Shown here: positions 40,495 to 55,150 of the stretch, one piece after another
Layout: the number at the start of each line of letters is the position of its first letter
Position numbering within the stretch: the stretch's first letter is position 1
Source of the DNA: Eledone cirrhosa
Lineage: Eukaryota
Reading direction: 5' to 3'
Length of the DNA stretch: 64,000 nt
NCBI GenBank assembly: GCA_964016885.1
Contig: OZ024750.1
Location: forward strand, 49,848,001 to 49,912,000
Notes under the pieces: generated by a model
What the model saw: the letters and a program-made list of their open reading frames with translations, nothing else
What the model was told of the DNA's origin: nothing
Databases searched by the model: none
Translations under genes and position numbers: made by a program

Positions 40495-40985
40495 AGTTAT
40501 CAGCATAACTATCAGCAGGTCGAGCTTGCTCGGCTTTCTACGACACGTTTCTTCCATCCAACTCTTTCTCTCATAGAGTTTGCCAGTTCTTCCGCAGTGC
40601 ATCCTGCATCGTCCTCAAGTTGCTTGACGTATGTCTTCTTGGGATGACCAGCGTTTCTTGCTCCATGAGATGGACTCCATAACAACAAATCATCTGCTAT
40701 TTCTTCCTTGCTGCGCCAACACCGGCCAGCAAATCTGAGTCTCTGTCCACGTATTGACCTGCTGATAGGTGATATATTGCCATAGAGATCCTTATTTGTT
40801 GAGTCTTCCCCCCATTGTATGCAATGGAAACAATATGGAAATCAAACCTGCCGACCAAACTGAAAAGGAATTTCTTCAGAGCTGCTGTGGAATCTGTGCC
40901 TCTTTATGGCTCTGTCACTTGCATGCTAACGTCGAAACTGGAGAAAAAGCTAGACGGGGCATACACACGTATGCTCCGTGCTGTT
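40495..40985. mobile_element. RTE-clade 3' end with inverted 5' segment
   Basis: Minus strand LRFAGRCWRSKEEIADDLLLWSP..TYVKQLEDD; plus strand IWKSNLPTKLKRNFFRAAVESVPLYG..LDGAYTRMLR. Confidence 0.8.
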
Positions 40986-41526
40986 TTATGAGTTATAATA
41001 CTGTATATATAATCAATTAGATTATATGAAGAATTATGGTTGTAAGTATTTTTAACTTATTACATTACGATAGGTTGTATGTATATAAATAAATATATAT
41101 ATATATATTAATAAATTGCGTATGTATTAGTTGTTTATATATCAAATATGTGTTACGAAGGAAGTTGAATTTGTATTTTACTTTAAAATACGTGGTTCAA
41201 GTTGTGAGAGTAGGACAATTTGTAGATTCAAAATAATTGTTCTACATTGAAATGTTTTCAGAATATTGTTAATTTAGCAAAGCTATACAGATTATCAACC
41301 ATAATATGTTTATGTTTATATAATAGAATAAATATGATTTTATAAATATAGTTTCCATTGTTTTCATATCATTGTATATTATACTCTAGAAATGTATGTT
41401 GACTACTCTGAATCAGTTATAAACATTTAGTTATATTTGTTGAATTACCAACAAATTTAATACCCCTTCTGACTATATATATATATATATATATATATAT
41501 GTTTATATATATATATATATATATAT

Positions 41527-41568
<42 letters not shown>

Positions 41569-41828
41569 GTGATTGTGATTTCGTACTAAAAAATCTCTAA
41601 GTTTATAAACATGGAGGCAAGTATTCCGTTTTATTAAATATTATCGTTGCATTTCATGCATGGAAGTAGTCGTTCCTTAGTTTGTACTAAGTAACGTCCA
41701 CCCTCCATCTTCAATATAACAAAAGATATATAGAGGATGTGATATTTTAGCAGTACAAAGTATATAATATACTTCCATAAATTTAAAATAAAATGTTGAA
41801 TATATACATATAGAGATTCGTACACACG

Positions 41829-41891
<63 letters not shown>

Positions 41892-42220
41892 GTGTGTGTG
41901 TGTGTATCTGTGTGTATGTGTGCATGCGTGCATGTGTATGCTTGTATCCGTGAGTATGTGTATATGTGAGTGCGTGTGTTTGTGAGTGTGTGTGATTGTG
42001 TATATGTTTTATGTATTTTGTTGTGTAGAGCAGATATGGCTATTAGCTATTGTCATGAATAATATCAACCTCCATCAATGGACCGAGTGCACTGCCTTTC
42101 TAAAATGACATTTGATTATATTTGCTTTTAGCTATTAGTTATATTTGTTAAACCTCACGCATTGTGTACCTCCACAATTAATTACAGCATCTAACTCTAT
42201 ATACATTTACATACATATGT

Positions 42221-42325
<105 letters not shown>

Positions 42326-42359
42326 TATAGTATATACAATATATATATATATATGTGTA

Positions 42360-42391
<32 letters not shown>

Positions 42392-43029
42392 CTGTATATA
42401 GCAGTATAGAAATATTTGTTAAAGAAATAGAGAGAACGGAAATTGGGTGTTAATACCCTACAGAACACTAATACTGATAAAATACATTAATTTAGATATG
42501 CACCATTGTCTTTACGAACCTCTAATATTAAGTCTTTCATTTAATTCTGCATTCACATTTATTCCTTTGATTGCTAATTAGATATCTTACGGTGCACTCA
42601 GATTCGAAAGCTGATTACTAAAGAATATAAATGACTAGAGAATGAAATACCTTTAAGAGATATTCTTATTGTGCTCATACAATTGTTTTTCTTGCAGAAA
42701 TGTGTGTATGACTGTATGTATAGGTTTCAATCTAACATGCAAATGACAATGTATACATTAAATTCGATGAATTTCGCTTGTCAGTTAATATTGAGATATA
42801 CTGTCATTCTAGTTACTTGTGTCTGCTGTTATTTAATTGGCTGTTTTTCTCTTGTTGATTTAGATTCAAATGTAAAGAAAGTGCCTTCTAAAGCACTTTC
42901 CTGAAATTTATAAATGGCGGCATATTGACAGATAGAATACAGAGTCTGTATTCTTGCTGGTTCCCCGCGCCCAACTTCGAATGTCGGCGAGGCCAACTTC
43001 GGGTTTATTCTTTCGCAGTCGACATATAA

Positions 43030-43160
43030 AGTGCAAAACGCTGCCAAACTTCGATGTTTTCCCATTGTAACTATGTAGCTATGAAATAACAGAACGGCGT
43101 TGAATGAATAAAGAAAGATTCTTTATCAGAAAATTCAACACAAGCTTGAACTCGTTAAAA
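43030..43160 (+). mobile_element. PLE GIY-YIG C-terminal remnant (also at 45400-45545)
   Basis: FDVFPL..NKERFFIRKFNTSLN, matching 51020-51125. Confidence 0.7.
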
Positions 43161-43208
43161 CAAAATTGCATACTAATTCTCACAAAAAACGCCTTTAGAT
43201 AGAAAATA

Positions 43209-43243
<35 letters not shown>

Positions 43244-43453
43244 TATGTATGTATACGTACATACATATATATATATACATACGTACACTAGCATGTATAT
43301 ATATATACATACATGCACACATATATATATATGCACGTATCGGATTACGGAACATTTATTATAATGCTCGGTTTGTTTGTTTGTAAACAAACAGCCCGAA
43401 TTACGCCGTACAGTATTAAGGTAACCACGTCACCTATTTGTTCAACACTGACA

Positions 43454-43512
43454 CAGGAACGATGTACTAGTTTCAAGTTTATTAGCTATCGTCAGCATCG
43501 TATTCCTTCCTG
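43454..43512 (-). ncRNA. Type I HHR
   Basis: Inverse copy: acgatg-CUGACGA-tagctaataaactt-GAAAC-ta-GUA-catcgt. Confidence 0.8.
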
Positions 43513-43871
43513 CCAGATGGTTGAACGGCTGAAAGTATATACTTTCCTTATGCATATTAACGGCTGAGCAGCTTAATTTGCATATCGAGTGAGTTCAGTC
43601 GGCCGGGTGCACCGAAAACGATAAATGGAATAGAATGAAACGACATTGCATTTCTCACACTTAGTTCGGCACTTACTTAAATGTAAGTATGTATGTGTGT
43701 ACACGTACATACATATATGTATACAGACGTACAGTAGTATGTATATATATACATACATGCACACATATATATATATATATATATGCACGTATCGGTTTAC
43801 CGAACATTTATTATAATGCTCGGTTTATATGCATAAGGACAGTTTATACTTTCAGTCCTTCAACCGTCTGG

Positions 43872-43930
43872 CAGGAAGGTATACGATGCTGACGATAGCT
43901 AATAAGCTTGAAACTCGTACATCGTTCCTG
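43872..43930 (+). ncRNA. Type I HHR
   Basis: cagga-aggtat-acgatg-CUGACGA-t agct aata agct t-GAAAC-tc-GUA-catcgt-tcctg. Confidence 0.85.
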
Positions 43931-44312
43931 TGTCAGTGATGAACAAAAAGGTGACGGGGTTGTCTAAACACTGTACGGCGTAATTCCAGCTGTCTGTTTG
44001 TTTACACACAAACAAACCGAGCATTATAATAAATGTTCCGTAAACCGATACGTGCATATATATATGTGTGCATGTATGTATATATATGCATACTACTGTA
44101 CGTATGTATACATATATGTATGTACGTATACATACATACTTACATTTAAGTAAGTGCCGTATACAAGTGAGAAATAACATTTCGCTTCATTCTATTCCGT
44201 TTATCGTTTTCGGTGCGCCCGGCCGACTGAACTCACTCGATATGCAAATCAGGCTGCTCAGCTGTTAATATGGATAAGGAAAGTAGATACTTTCAGACGT
44301 TCAACCATCTGG

Positions 44313-44371
44313 CAGGAAGGTATACGATGCTGACGATAGCTAATAAGCTTGAAACTAGTACATCGTTCCTG
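44313..44371 (+). ncRNA. Type I HHR with intact core and palindromic stem III
   Basis: Same architecture as 43872, with GAAAC-ta-GUA (actagt); bulged stem I. Confidence 0.9.
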
Positions 44372-44643
44372 TGTCAGTGTTGAACAAAAAGGTGACGTGG
44401 TTGCCTAAACACTGTACGGCGTAATTCGGGCTGTTTGTTTGTTTAAAAACAAACAAAAAACCGAGCATTATAATAAATGTGCGGTAAACCGATACGTGCA
44501 TATATATATGTGTCCATGTATGTATATATATATACATACTACTGTACGTTTGTATACATATATGTATGTACGTATACATACATACTTACATTTAAGTCAG
44601 TGCCGTAACTAAGAGTGAGAAATGAAATTACGTTTCATTCTAT

Positions 44644-45258
<615 letters not shown>

Positions 45259-45789
45259 CACATACAATAAACAATACACAATTATTGATTATATATATAT
45301 ATATATATATACATATATGTATAATCATTAACTTTGTATTTTTTTATTTTGTAACCTACACCCTCTCGGAGTTTTTGTTCTCCCTAATCAAATATATGGA
45401 AGATGGAAGAATGTGGAGGCAAAAAGCTGCCAAAATTCGATGTATTCCCATTGTAACAATGTAGAACAATCACAGAACAAGGTTGAATGAATAAGGTGAG
45501 TTTCTTTATCAGAAAATTCAAACCAAGATTGAACTTCTTTACAATTTAATTGTTCAACACTAAATGTAGGTAGAGTTACTCCCCTTGTCGCAGATTATGA
45601 TTTTCCTACACGCAAGTGACATCGTAAAAATGAATTATATCTATCCTTTACTTTAGCAAGGACAGCCGCGATCCAATCCAAGGTTGGAATAAGTATGCAG
45701 GTGTTTTAACGAGAATAAACAATTGAATATAACAACAAATCTTTTGATAATCCAAAGCGGAAAAGCAGGCTTTGCTTAACATCAATTCT

Positions 45790-46440
45790 AAAACATCATT
45801 TGTATATATACCAGATGCGCTTTTTAAACCCTTATGGATGTTATCTAACCAACTTTCTCTAGGTCTGCCCCTGGGTCTTCTTTCAGTTGGATTTATCTGT
45901 AAAATCTGTCCAACGATTCTTTTGTGAGACATTGTATACACAAGACCATAGTATCAGAGCTGTGATATCTCATTTGGGTGAAGTAGCGGCGCTACCTTGG
46001 TTGACCCTCTGATCTCCGAGCTACGTACTTTACCGAGTAACATTACTCCGAAATACGTTGGGAAAGATCCCATTTCAGCCCTTTGTATTCGCGATCTTTA
46101 TATTTTCGTCATTACCCAAGATCCATGACTATAGTTAAGGGCTATCACGTATATAGAATTGAATATAGCGAGCTTGGCTTTTACGCCTATGTCACTTCTT
46201 TTGGTTACTGAATGTTGAAGCTGACACTGACCCAGCTCCTGCAAATGTTGCACATAATTCTTTCTCCAGCCTTCGATCCCATTTGGATACGGCGCCATGA
46301 TACTTTAAGTTTCCTAACTGGTTCGGTGGAAATCCATGCACAGGTAAAGTGTACTGACCAGGCTCCCTTGACAGGAAGTGTCTCAGTTTTCGCGGCACTG
46401 ATTTGTCATCCCGCCACGCAGCACTTGGTATTGAGCCTAT
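45790..46440 (-). mobile_element. Degenerate RTE fragment
   Basis: KAKLAIFNSIYVIALNYSHGSWVM; RRPRGRPRESWLDNI; similar to the element at 5632. Confidence 0.75.
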
Positions 46441-46521
46441 CAAGTCCAGAGACAATAAAAACACTTTTCAACCCCTTTTTTATTAAATCACTAATTATTT
46501 TATATAAGGTGATCTGTATTG

Positions 46522-46563
<42 letters not shown>

Positions 46564-46571
46564 CAATGCAG

Positions 46572-46638
<67 letters not shown>

Positions 46639-46646
46639 CAATACAG

Positions 46647-46685
<39 letters not shown>

Positions 46686-46715
46686 CAATACAGATCATAT
46701 ATATATATATATATA

Positions 46716-47250
46716 TGTAGATAAATCTACCAAAAGTTTACGGTAGTGTCCAATCCGTATGAAGAACTCAATGTAATCCGGATATCATGAAAAGAAGAGA
46801 TGCATTCAAAAATCACTTTCGGTGAAAGATAAACGGAATACAGAGTCAAGATAAATTATTTAAAAAATAATGAATAAACAAAGAAACAGGTCCTTATATT
46901 AAACAAAAAAAGTTCATTGTTTTACGATCGTTTCTAGGACATATATGTGTTAGAATTGGTATGCATATTCAAAAGATCTATGTACAAAATTATACAAACT
47001 ATCAAAGAGAATATACATACCTTCACATATATATGCTGTCTTCAGAAATAATTTCTGAAGACAGCATATACATGTGAAGGTATGTATATTCTCTTTGATA
47101 GTTTGTATAATTTTGTACATAGATCTTTTGAATATGCATACCAATTCTAACACATATATGTCCTAGAAACGATCGTAAAACAATGAACTTTTTTTGTTTA
47201 ATATAAGGAACTGTTTCTTTGTTTATTCATTATTTTTTTAATAATTTATA
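46716..47250. mobile_element. Second giant-stem-II HHR palindrome (HHRs at about 46918-47050 on - and 47052-47180 on +)
   Basis: Apex at 47050; CUGAAGA 47055-61; GAAAC-gatc-GUA 47166-77; diverged homolog of 39450-39996. Confidence 0.88.
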
Positions 47251-47295
47251 TATATATATATATATATATACTAAATTTTCCCTGTTTATTTTCAG

Positions 47296-47418
47296 ATTAT
47301 ATTTACTTATTAAAAAATGAATGCAAACAAACCAATACAGGATCTTGTACGTTTCCACTGCCTCCACTAGATATACAACCAAATCTCTGTTCTATCATAT
47401 ACTACTGTTTTAAAAACG
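47296..47418 (+). other. Possible host coding exon (phase 1-1; alternative donor after 47483)
   Basis: Pyrimidine tract plus cag acceptor; open frame DYIYLLKNECKQTNTGSCTFPLPPLDIQPNLCSIIYYCFKNG; g|gtgaga donor. Confidence 0.3.
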
Positions 47419-48678
47419 GTGAGATGAGGTTTGCCTTCTGGAGCACCAGATCCGCAAATATGAGCAACGTATTTGGTGATCAGGTACGCTATTATTGTAG
47501 CCCTAATTAGAGAATTTCAAATGTTAATACAGTAAGAGAAAATACAATTATTAGTATTTATATTTAATGCCAGGAATAATACACTTATAGAATTATTCCT
47601 GGCATTAAATATAGATACTAATAATTATATGAAGTAAAGGGCAGAAACACTTGCTTGGGGACAATTTCTTCACTTAAAATTTTCTGTTCACCAGGTCTCT
47701 TGAGAGATTCTTACCTCTTTGAACATACTATGATCGTTTCATATTTGAATTACCGAAGAGAGTCAGCGTATTGTATGAATTTAGACTTAACACACTACAC
47801 GATCAATGCAATTTATTTGTTTATATTTAAAATATATACTATATCATGTTCTATGATACCCGGTATTAATGCAACTATTGGATTAAAAGTCTGAGTATTT
47901 GATCTGACCTACTTAAATACGCTGACTTAATATCATGTTTATGTGAAATGTTCAGTTCATCTTTGAAGTGAATAAATCACCAATCTAGCAGGTGAGATGA
48001 ATTGTCGTATTGGAAATGTTTTGCGGAATCCATTCCGAATACGCAGAAAATAGTGACACTTCTGCCAAGATGTACGACCAGAAGAAAGTATAAACCTGAT
48101 TCAACAGGCCATGGCAAGTGATTTGCTTACAACAGCGATTATGAACATTCTAAAGTAGCAATTGAAATATGTTCATCGCGTTTCGTATTCTGCTGTAAGG
48201 AGACATAACAATTAGAAGAATATTTATTCCTACAGTAACAAGATTTCTATCAAATACATTTTGAGATGAATAATTATTTCCGTTTAACGTGAGTTAGCTC
48301 GTCTTTAGTTCATTTGCTTACGTTAGAATGTATAATAATGCAATAATATATTTATGTATAATGTTTAGTAATGATAACAACTGTTGAATGATAATAATAT
48401 CCTACAAGAATTTGGATTAATATCAGCTGCACAGTAAAGTAAGTTATATGTAATAGATTTATGACTTTCGTCGTTTCTTATCAATTCTTGAAAATTATCG
48501 TTAAGTTGCTTTGTTCCAAAGAGAAACAATGTGTTCACGAGATTCATTCTAGTGCAGAGCTTTCTTTTACTACATTTATCTTCTAAGTGCAAAATAGAGA
48601 ACGCTAAACTTTCAACTAATGTATTACATATTTTGTCAAAAATATATTTATTTACTCTTTACACGCATACATACAGAC

Positions 48679-48816
<138 letters not shown>

Positions 48817-48821
48817 TAGAG

Positions 48822-48854
<33 letters not shown>

Positions 48855-48856
48855 TA

Positions 48857-49810
48857 TGGTTGCTCCACAGCAGTTAATCAACCATTTTCGAGGACACGCG
48901 TTTCACCTTGCTGACTTTCAACTCGAGTAGCTGAAAAGCGGAAGTTTATATAAAGAACGTGGATCATGGGCAAGGTCTTTGACAAGGGAGACAACTCAAG
49001 TTAGACTGATGAAAGGGGACGATTGAGATCATTATGGATAAAAATAGATTTGGTCGATACTGGATTAAATAAGTCTTGGTCCTTGAAGCTACGTAATACG
49101 TACTTGACTATGTGGGGATATCGATTATAGAAATCATACCTTTTATTTAGAGGTAGTTTCGTATACTCTGCAAGATATTTATTTGTTTCGCAATGCATGG
49201 CCCACATGAGAAAGTACCATTTCCGTATGTCCTAGATTCGGCCAAAACTTTCCATTGAATGGAGTAATCCACACCTGCATCCTTGATTGACCAAATATTG
49301 CTTGCGAGCTTCGTGGACGATCGTGTATCCGGGTCTTTAAACAACGTCTGATGATGAAGGAAGCGTTCTTTAAACCGGTACTCCGCTATAGGAACTTGGG
49401 TATTGACCTCCTTTTGGGGGATTCGACGGGTAGATGTAACTTCAGCTCATAAATTAAGCGAATGTGTTACACGCTTGTTGAAGGGGCATGATTCTGGCTT
49501 ACTGCAAGTGCATCCATGTGGGAATGAGCTCTCGGCTTCGGCGGTGATATGGGCTTTCATATGTTTAGCACAAGAATAGCAGATTTACACCCTGTGTCTA
49601 TTGAGGGTAAATCAGTAATTATGACATGTGGGGAGTGTTATGTAGAAGTGCTAAGACTTTCTTACCAACATTGGTTCTAACAGTGAATATGAAGGGTGGG
49701 CAGAACACAATTCCTTTCTTATTATTTCGATTCCTTTTCCCAATGCTGGTGCGTTTAGGTAGGTTTAAGAAACTGTGTCAGAGAAACTGCTGTTGGCTAA
49801 CGCAGCGTTG
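48857..49810 (-). mobile_element. Degenerate PLE 3' fragment with U3-A8 HHR-like motif at 48889-48925
   Basis: RNRNKKGIVFCPPF; TKLASNIWSIKD..IQWKVLAESRTY..CGPC; cgag-UUGAAA-gtc agcaa ggt-GAAAC-gcgt-GUC-ctcg. Confidence 0.8.
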
Positions 49811-49819
49811 TAGATGGGT

Positions 49820-50635
49820 GCTGCTCTATCAAATCTAGTTTTGTTAGAACAGGAACAAACATATACATACTTAGGGATTAATGAAAGCTCTGGTATTCAG
49901 CATGCAAATATCAAAGAGAAGATGAGGAAGGAATGTTACAGGCGAGTACGCGCAGTTCTGAGTTCTGAACTAAATGCACAGAAAAAGGTGTCAGCCAAAA
50001 ATTACAGTTGTCACTAAAGTTTCGGTGTGTTAAACTGGAATATAAGTGAAATTAAAAGAATCTACACCAGACAAAGGGAACTCTTGCAACCGATACTGCT
50101 AAGCATATAACATTGTAAAAGTAAAAGGGCAGGACCATTTAGCATCACAGTGGGAGAAGAAACATTTGCAAGGCAAATATGTGGGGCGTAGCAAACAAGC
50201 TAATGTTGACCAGAAGAATACACATTAGTGGCTACGTAGATCAGGGCTAAATTCAGAGAGCGAAAGCTTCATCTTAGATGCCCAAGATCAATGATTACAT
50301 ACACAGAATTAGCAGGCCTATGTGATGAGAAATCGAGTAAATCCAAAGTCCCGATTCTGCAATGTTGACGTTGAAACAGCGGACCACCTAGTTTCTGGAT
50401 GTAAAGTTTTAGCCCCAGTGCAAATATCGACATAACACAGTTGACCATTATCTACACTGGGTAACATGTCTGCATTATAAAATCAAATCTGCTAACAAGT
50501 GGTACAATCATCACTTTGAGTCTGTAACTGAAGGAGAAAAAGTAACGATTCTTTCGGACTTTCCTGTACGTACTGACCGGACCATAAAATCTAATAGACC
50601 AGATATCATTGTAAAAGACCAACATAACAAGGTAA
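49820..50635 (+). mobile_element. Old R4/Dong fragment (different subfamily)
   Basis: YTYLGINE..IKEKMRKECYRRVRAVLSSELNA; GLNSESE; DFPVRTDRTIKSNRPDII. Confidence 0.8.
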
Positions 50636-50639
50636 TATC

Positions 50640-51130
50640 CTGTTATTTAGAGTAAACGACAGCCGAAATCATTATAACATTTACTGACAAGGGCAGAGCT
50701 GCAAACCTCAATTACAGAACTCCATGTAAAAAAGTGTAACCGATCTCATTGCGGAATGTACAATTACCTAGTAGAAGTCCATGAATTCCACTTCACAGAC
50801 GGTTCTATCTTCAACATTAAGAACAGTCTTTCGTGTAACTCGGAAAACTTAATTTGTGTCCTAACCAGCCGAGGTTGCACTGAACATTATATATGACAGA
50901 CAGGGTTAACACTCCGACAAATAATGACAGTCCACAGACAACAAATGAGAACTCCATACACCAGGAAAACCCCCTCGGCATACATATAGAAGAATGGGGG
51001 CGAACAACGCAACCGAATTTCGATGTTTTCCCATTGTACCAATGTGTTTATGAAACCACAGAGCTAGGGACAATTGATAAAGAAAAAATGTTCCCTAAAA
51101 AATTCAAGCCATGCTTGAACTCACTTTTAT
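50640..51130 (+). mobile_element. PLE GIY-YIG remnant (Neptune-like Cys linker)
   Basis: FNIKNSLSCNSENLICVL..C.EHYI; FDVFPLYQC..KKFKPCLN. Confidence 0.75.
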
Positions 51131-51301
51131 AAAAACATAATGAGAGAGAGAATTAGGATTTAGCCTCATGCATAGCTGTACACAGATATGTATTGAAATT
51201 TCGTATTTCTAAAAAAATGCGGTATGTTTATAGATAAACATTTAGTAAGGCGTAACTATGGAAAACACCTTGGTGGTGTCCGGCAAAAGAGAAGGGGACA
51301 A

Positions 51302-51343
51302 TCGTTGATAAATTTCGAACTTAACTGGTATTCATCAGGAAGA
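51302..51343 (-). ncRNA. Degenerate minimal HHR in an inverted pLTR-like segment
   Basis: tcttc-CUGAUGA-ataccagttaagttc-GAAAU-tt-AUC-aacga; lies between diverged inverted repeats 51200-51265 and 51488-51560. Confidence 0.45.
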
Positions 51344-51918
51344 TCCCTCCCACCCTTGCGACTGCTGGACTTCAAAGCAGGCGAAGATATATGGTTTTCT
51401 CGTCTGTGTAAATGAGGTGATTAACCTATTTGCATATAAAGCTGCATAAGTTGGTTTAACTTATAATAGAAAAGATTTAGGATGTAGCTTCCAAAGCTAC
51501 GGCTTTCTACATGTTTATCTATAAACATACCATATTTATTTAGCAATACGGAATTCCAATAAGTTCTATATTTTTATTGCTTCCTCCAAAACTGGAGGAA
51601 AGGTGGTGTTAAGCCTCTTGTTACAGACCAAAATAAAATACTGTTTTATACAAGCGACAACGAACAAAAAACATAAAAAAATAAGTTGGATCCCTTCCTT
51701 GAGCAGGGACAGAATTGAACCACATTACAGGATCGAAAACCAACGAAAGGACAACTCAAAAAATGTTTATGATAACGTAAGAGAAAGCAAATTCACTAAA
51801 CACCAATTATTTGTACATAAAGTTCGCTCTTTATATATATATACAAGTTGTTATTTCTATTATCATTTTCCTTGTATAACGTGATCTCTATGGGGCGTTT
51901 TCTAAAGTCCACATTTTT

Positions 51919-51984
<66 letters not shown>

Positions 51985-51987
<3 letters not shown>

Positions 51988-52450
51988 ATATACTTGGGGA
52001 GATTCATATTTGTGTAATAATATTGCCAGAATTAATAACAGAACACACTCAATGTTTGGTTGGTTTTCGCTTCTGTGTCTTTTGTATCGGTTAATTTAAT
52101 TTATTCGCTCCTCAATGTTACCATTGACTGACCAACGGTCAAAAGTACAGATACAATATAGATACAAACACATATATATATATAGTCTAACAAAGTTCTT
52201 TCGTTGCACATCTGCAACATCGTCAGTGGTGCTATTATTTTTCCTCCCGTTGTATTGTATGTCTACACCATCTTTAAATTAAATTAACCGATATAAAAGG
52301 CACAGAAGCGGAAACAAACCAAACAGTGAGTGTGTTCTGTTATTAATGTTGCCAATATTATTACACAAATATGACCCTCCCCAAGTATAACAATATTTGT
52401 TTCGACACACGATTTCATATCAAAAAGCTCGCAAAACTAATTCATCGTCG

Positions 52451-52498
<48 letters not shown>

Positions 52499-52915
52499 AT
52501 ACTTTGCGAGGGTCATGTTGCCAATAAGAAACACACGCACCAGTTGCCTCCACTTCAATTTATTATAAATTAAATTTATAAATTTAGGAATTTATAAATT
52601 TCCGGTTCGTTGGTTGGTTCCACAACCAGATGATTGTTCATATATTGTCAAAGTTCTTTCGTCACAAAAACAAAGAAAAGAATCCTTAGTTACTGAGGAG
52701 GTCACAGAATGTGTGACGAAAGAACTTTGACAATATATGAACAATCAACCGGACATTTATAAATTCCTAAATTTAATTTATAATAAATTGAAGTGAAAAC
52801 TTCTGGTGCGTGTGTTTTTTATTGGCAACATGACCCTCCCAAAGTATAACAATATCGGTTTCAACACACGTTATCAGATAAAGAATCTTGCTAAACAAAT
52901 TCAGAAACGAAATAT
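51985..52915. mobile_element. Two adjacent fold-back pLTR-like units; HHRs at 52189-52230 (-) and 52689-52731 (+)
   Basis: Inverted arms 52006-52100/52258-52372 and 52493-52665/52710-52853; CUGACGA-t-gttgca..tgcaac-GAAAGaaCUU and CUGAGGA-g-gtcaca..tgtgac-GAAAGaaCUU. Confidence 0.8.
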
Positions 52916-54589
52916 ATATATATATTAAATCTATAAATCATAATAAATGTTATGTTTTAACAGGCTTACCAATGTATACAGTGAGTATATTTACCATAGG
53001 TGTCTTGAAAACCCTCGGCATATAACTGTAACAATACTGAAGGAAAAGGAAAAAACTATAACAATTAAATCAATCCCAGTCCAATACTGATACTTTATTT
53101 TATCGACCCCGTAATAATAATAATATATGCGAAAGCGTTTCTGCAATTTCCTTCAACTAATTACAATTCACAACATATTGGTGAAACGATATTGAATTCC
53201 ACATGCCAAATTTGGCAGCAGATTTGAACACAGAATCCTTTGCTTGCGAAGCAAACATCTTAACCCCGTAGCCATATGCGTATGTATATATTCATCTATG
53301 TGCCCTATGTGTTTTTGTTTATATACGCGGGTGTGACTGTGCGTTATCTCACATGTGTGTGCACATGTCGCTCGATAGGATTCTTATATTTCAATTAGAA
53401 ACGAAACACACTTAAATAAGCTTTGGGTAAAGAATTATTTGTTTATAATTCAGTCTGAATTTAGTTGTTTGCAAATTGTCTCCAAGACCCGAAATAAAAC
53501 TCGATACAATAATCAAATGCCAGAAATGTATTCTATTCATAAATATCGATAAATTATACAGTGAATATAACATTGAAAGCTTTGAATAGCTTATAATTTA
53601 TGAAATAGATTCCATCGCCCAATAAACTCTTAGGTTCTAAAAATTATTTAGGACAAATAACTACCTTATGCATACACACACATTTAAACACGAACACACA
53701 TTCATATATATTATGGACATAGAATAATACTTGACCGATGACATTGAATTTTACGAAATGCCAAATTATAGGAAAACGTTATCTTATTTATTGTTCATAC
53801 TGACAGCCACTGAGAATCAAATATGATATACTACCTGATAGAATAATAATGAAAGAATTATATAATTTATGTATCTGAAATATTGATTTTTCGAAAATAT
53901 ATTGTATTTAGTTGTATATTTGTTATTCAAATATTGTTGTCACGTCCAATCACGAAATCTCTCATAAATTTAATTTCTACTTCAAACGTTTATGTTTGAA
54001 TCGCATTACCAAAAGCCACTGCTGGAACCATCACTTAAATATTCATTTATTCTCAATGTTGCTTTGTCAGACTCTTCCATTAAGCAACGTAACTAAACAT
54101 AATATGACAATTCTCACTTTATATCATTTTACTATACTAATATGTCTTAAAGTTGAAACATAATTTTCAACGGCACTTTGATTGAATAATACCAAAAATG
54201 GAACTTAAACGGGTTGTTCTGTAATAAAAAATATCTATATTTATATATCCTTAGACATTTCTACTTAGCAACACTATACAATAGGCCTAGCCAAAAACAC
54301 ACCACACAAAATATAGTACTATTGTCACATAAAATTAATACTACACCCACAACCCAAATCCCTTTCAACGGGAAACTTAGTCAACACAGAATAATAGGCA
54401 TGATAGAAAATAATATATACACAACTTTACCCGATAACTAATTAAAACATAACTCTGCCTCCCATAAAGACTTCCATCACACATACACTTATAACTGAGA
54501 CTAGAACCACTTGCTGTGGCCATTCACCAAGCATCGACTGTAAAATACCACTCTTAATGATTGTTGTTATTGATGACGTATATATCGAT

Positions 54590-55150
54590 AAACAATGTCC
54601 CTGCGGATCCACCGTGGATTCTTTCGGCCTCCACTCGCTTTCCTGTCGCCACATCCCGGCCGTCATCCGCGCCATGCTGCCCTCAACGAGGTCATAAAGC
54701 ATGGCTTGGACGCTGCAGGCTTCCCTCCAGCTCAAGCCGGTGGGGCTGGACCGAGGGGTTGGCAAAAGACCAGATGGCATGACCATCTTCCCGTACCGCA
54801 GTGGCAAACCCCTCGTCTGGGATGCTACTTGCACCGACACGGTCTGCAGCCGCAACCTGGTGCAGTCTGCGATTAACTCGGGTTCTGCTGCACGTCGGGC
54901 TGAGGAGACCAAACTCCTCAGATATCGGTCGCTCTCCGACAGGTTTGCGGTTGTACCCCTGACAGTGGAGACCTCTGGTGTTCTCGGGCCCAGGGTTACC
55001 TCCCTACTCACCACCATAGGCACTGAACTGGCCAGCCGCAGGTGTGAGCCCCGCGAGTTGGAGTGATTTTTCCAGCACGTCTCACTTGCGGACCTCTGGG
55101 GAAACGCCTTCTCCATTGTGACCGCCGGGGCTGTGGGGGGCCCCATCGAG
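54590..55150 (+). mobile_element. CRE-clade LINE 3' fragment (RLE endonuclease)
   Basis: PRHAALNEVI, KRPDG, LVWDATC, AEETKLLRY, PLTVETSGVLG, WGNA. Confidence 0.85.

Noticed and set aside
47547-47627. Small inverted repeat with arms of about 33 bp
   Set aside because: No ribozyme motif, TSD or second copy in the window to support a call
49040-49075. ctgatga on the + strand (also at 49348)
   Set aside because: Antisense to the PLE, with no stem II or GAAA arrangement
54442-55146. 234-aa minus-strand ORF
   Set aside because: Antisense shadow of the GC-rich CRE endonuclease fragment
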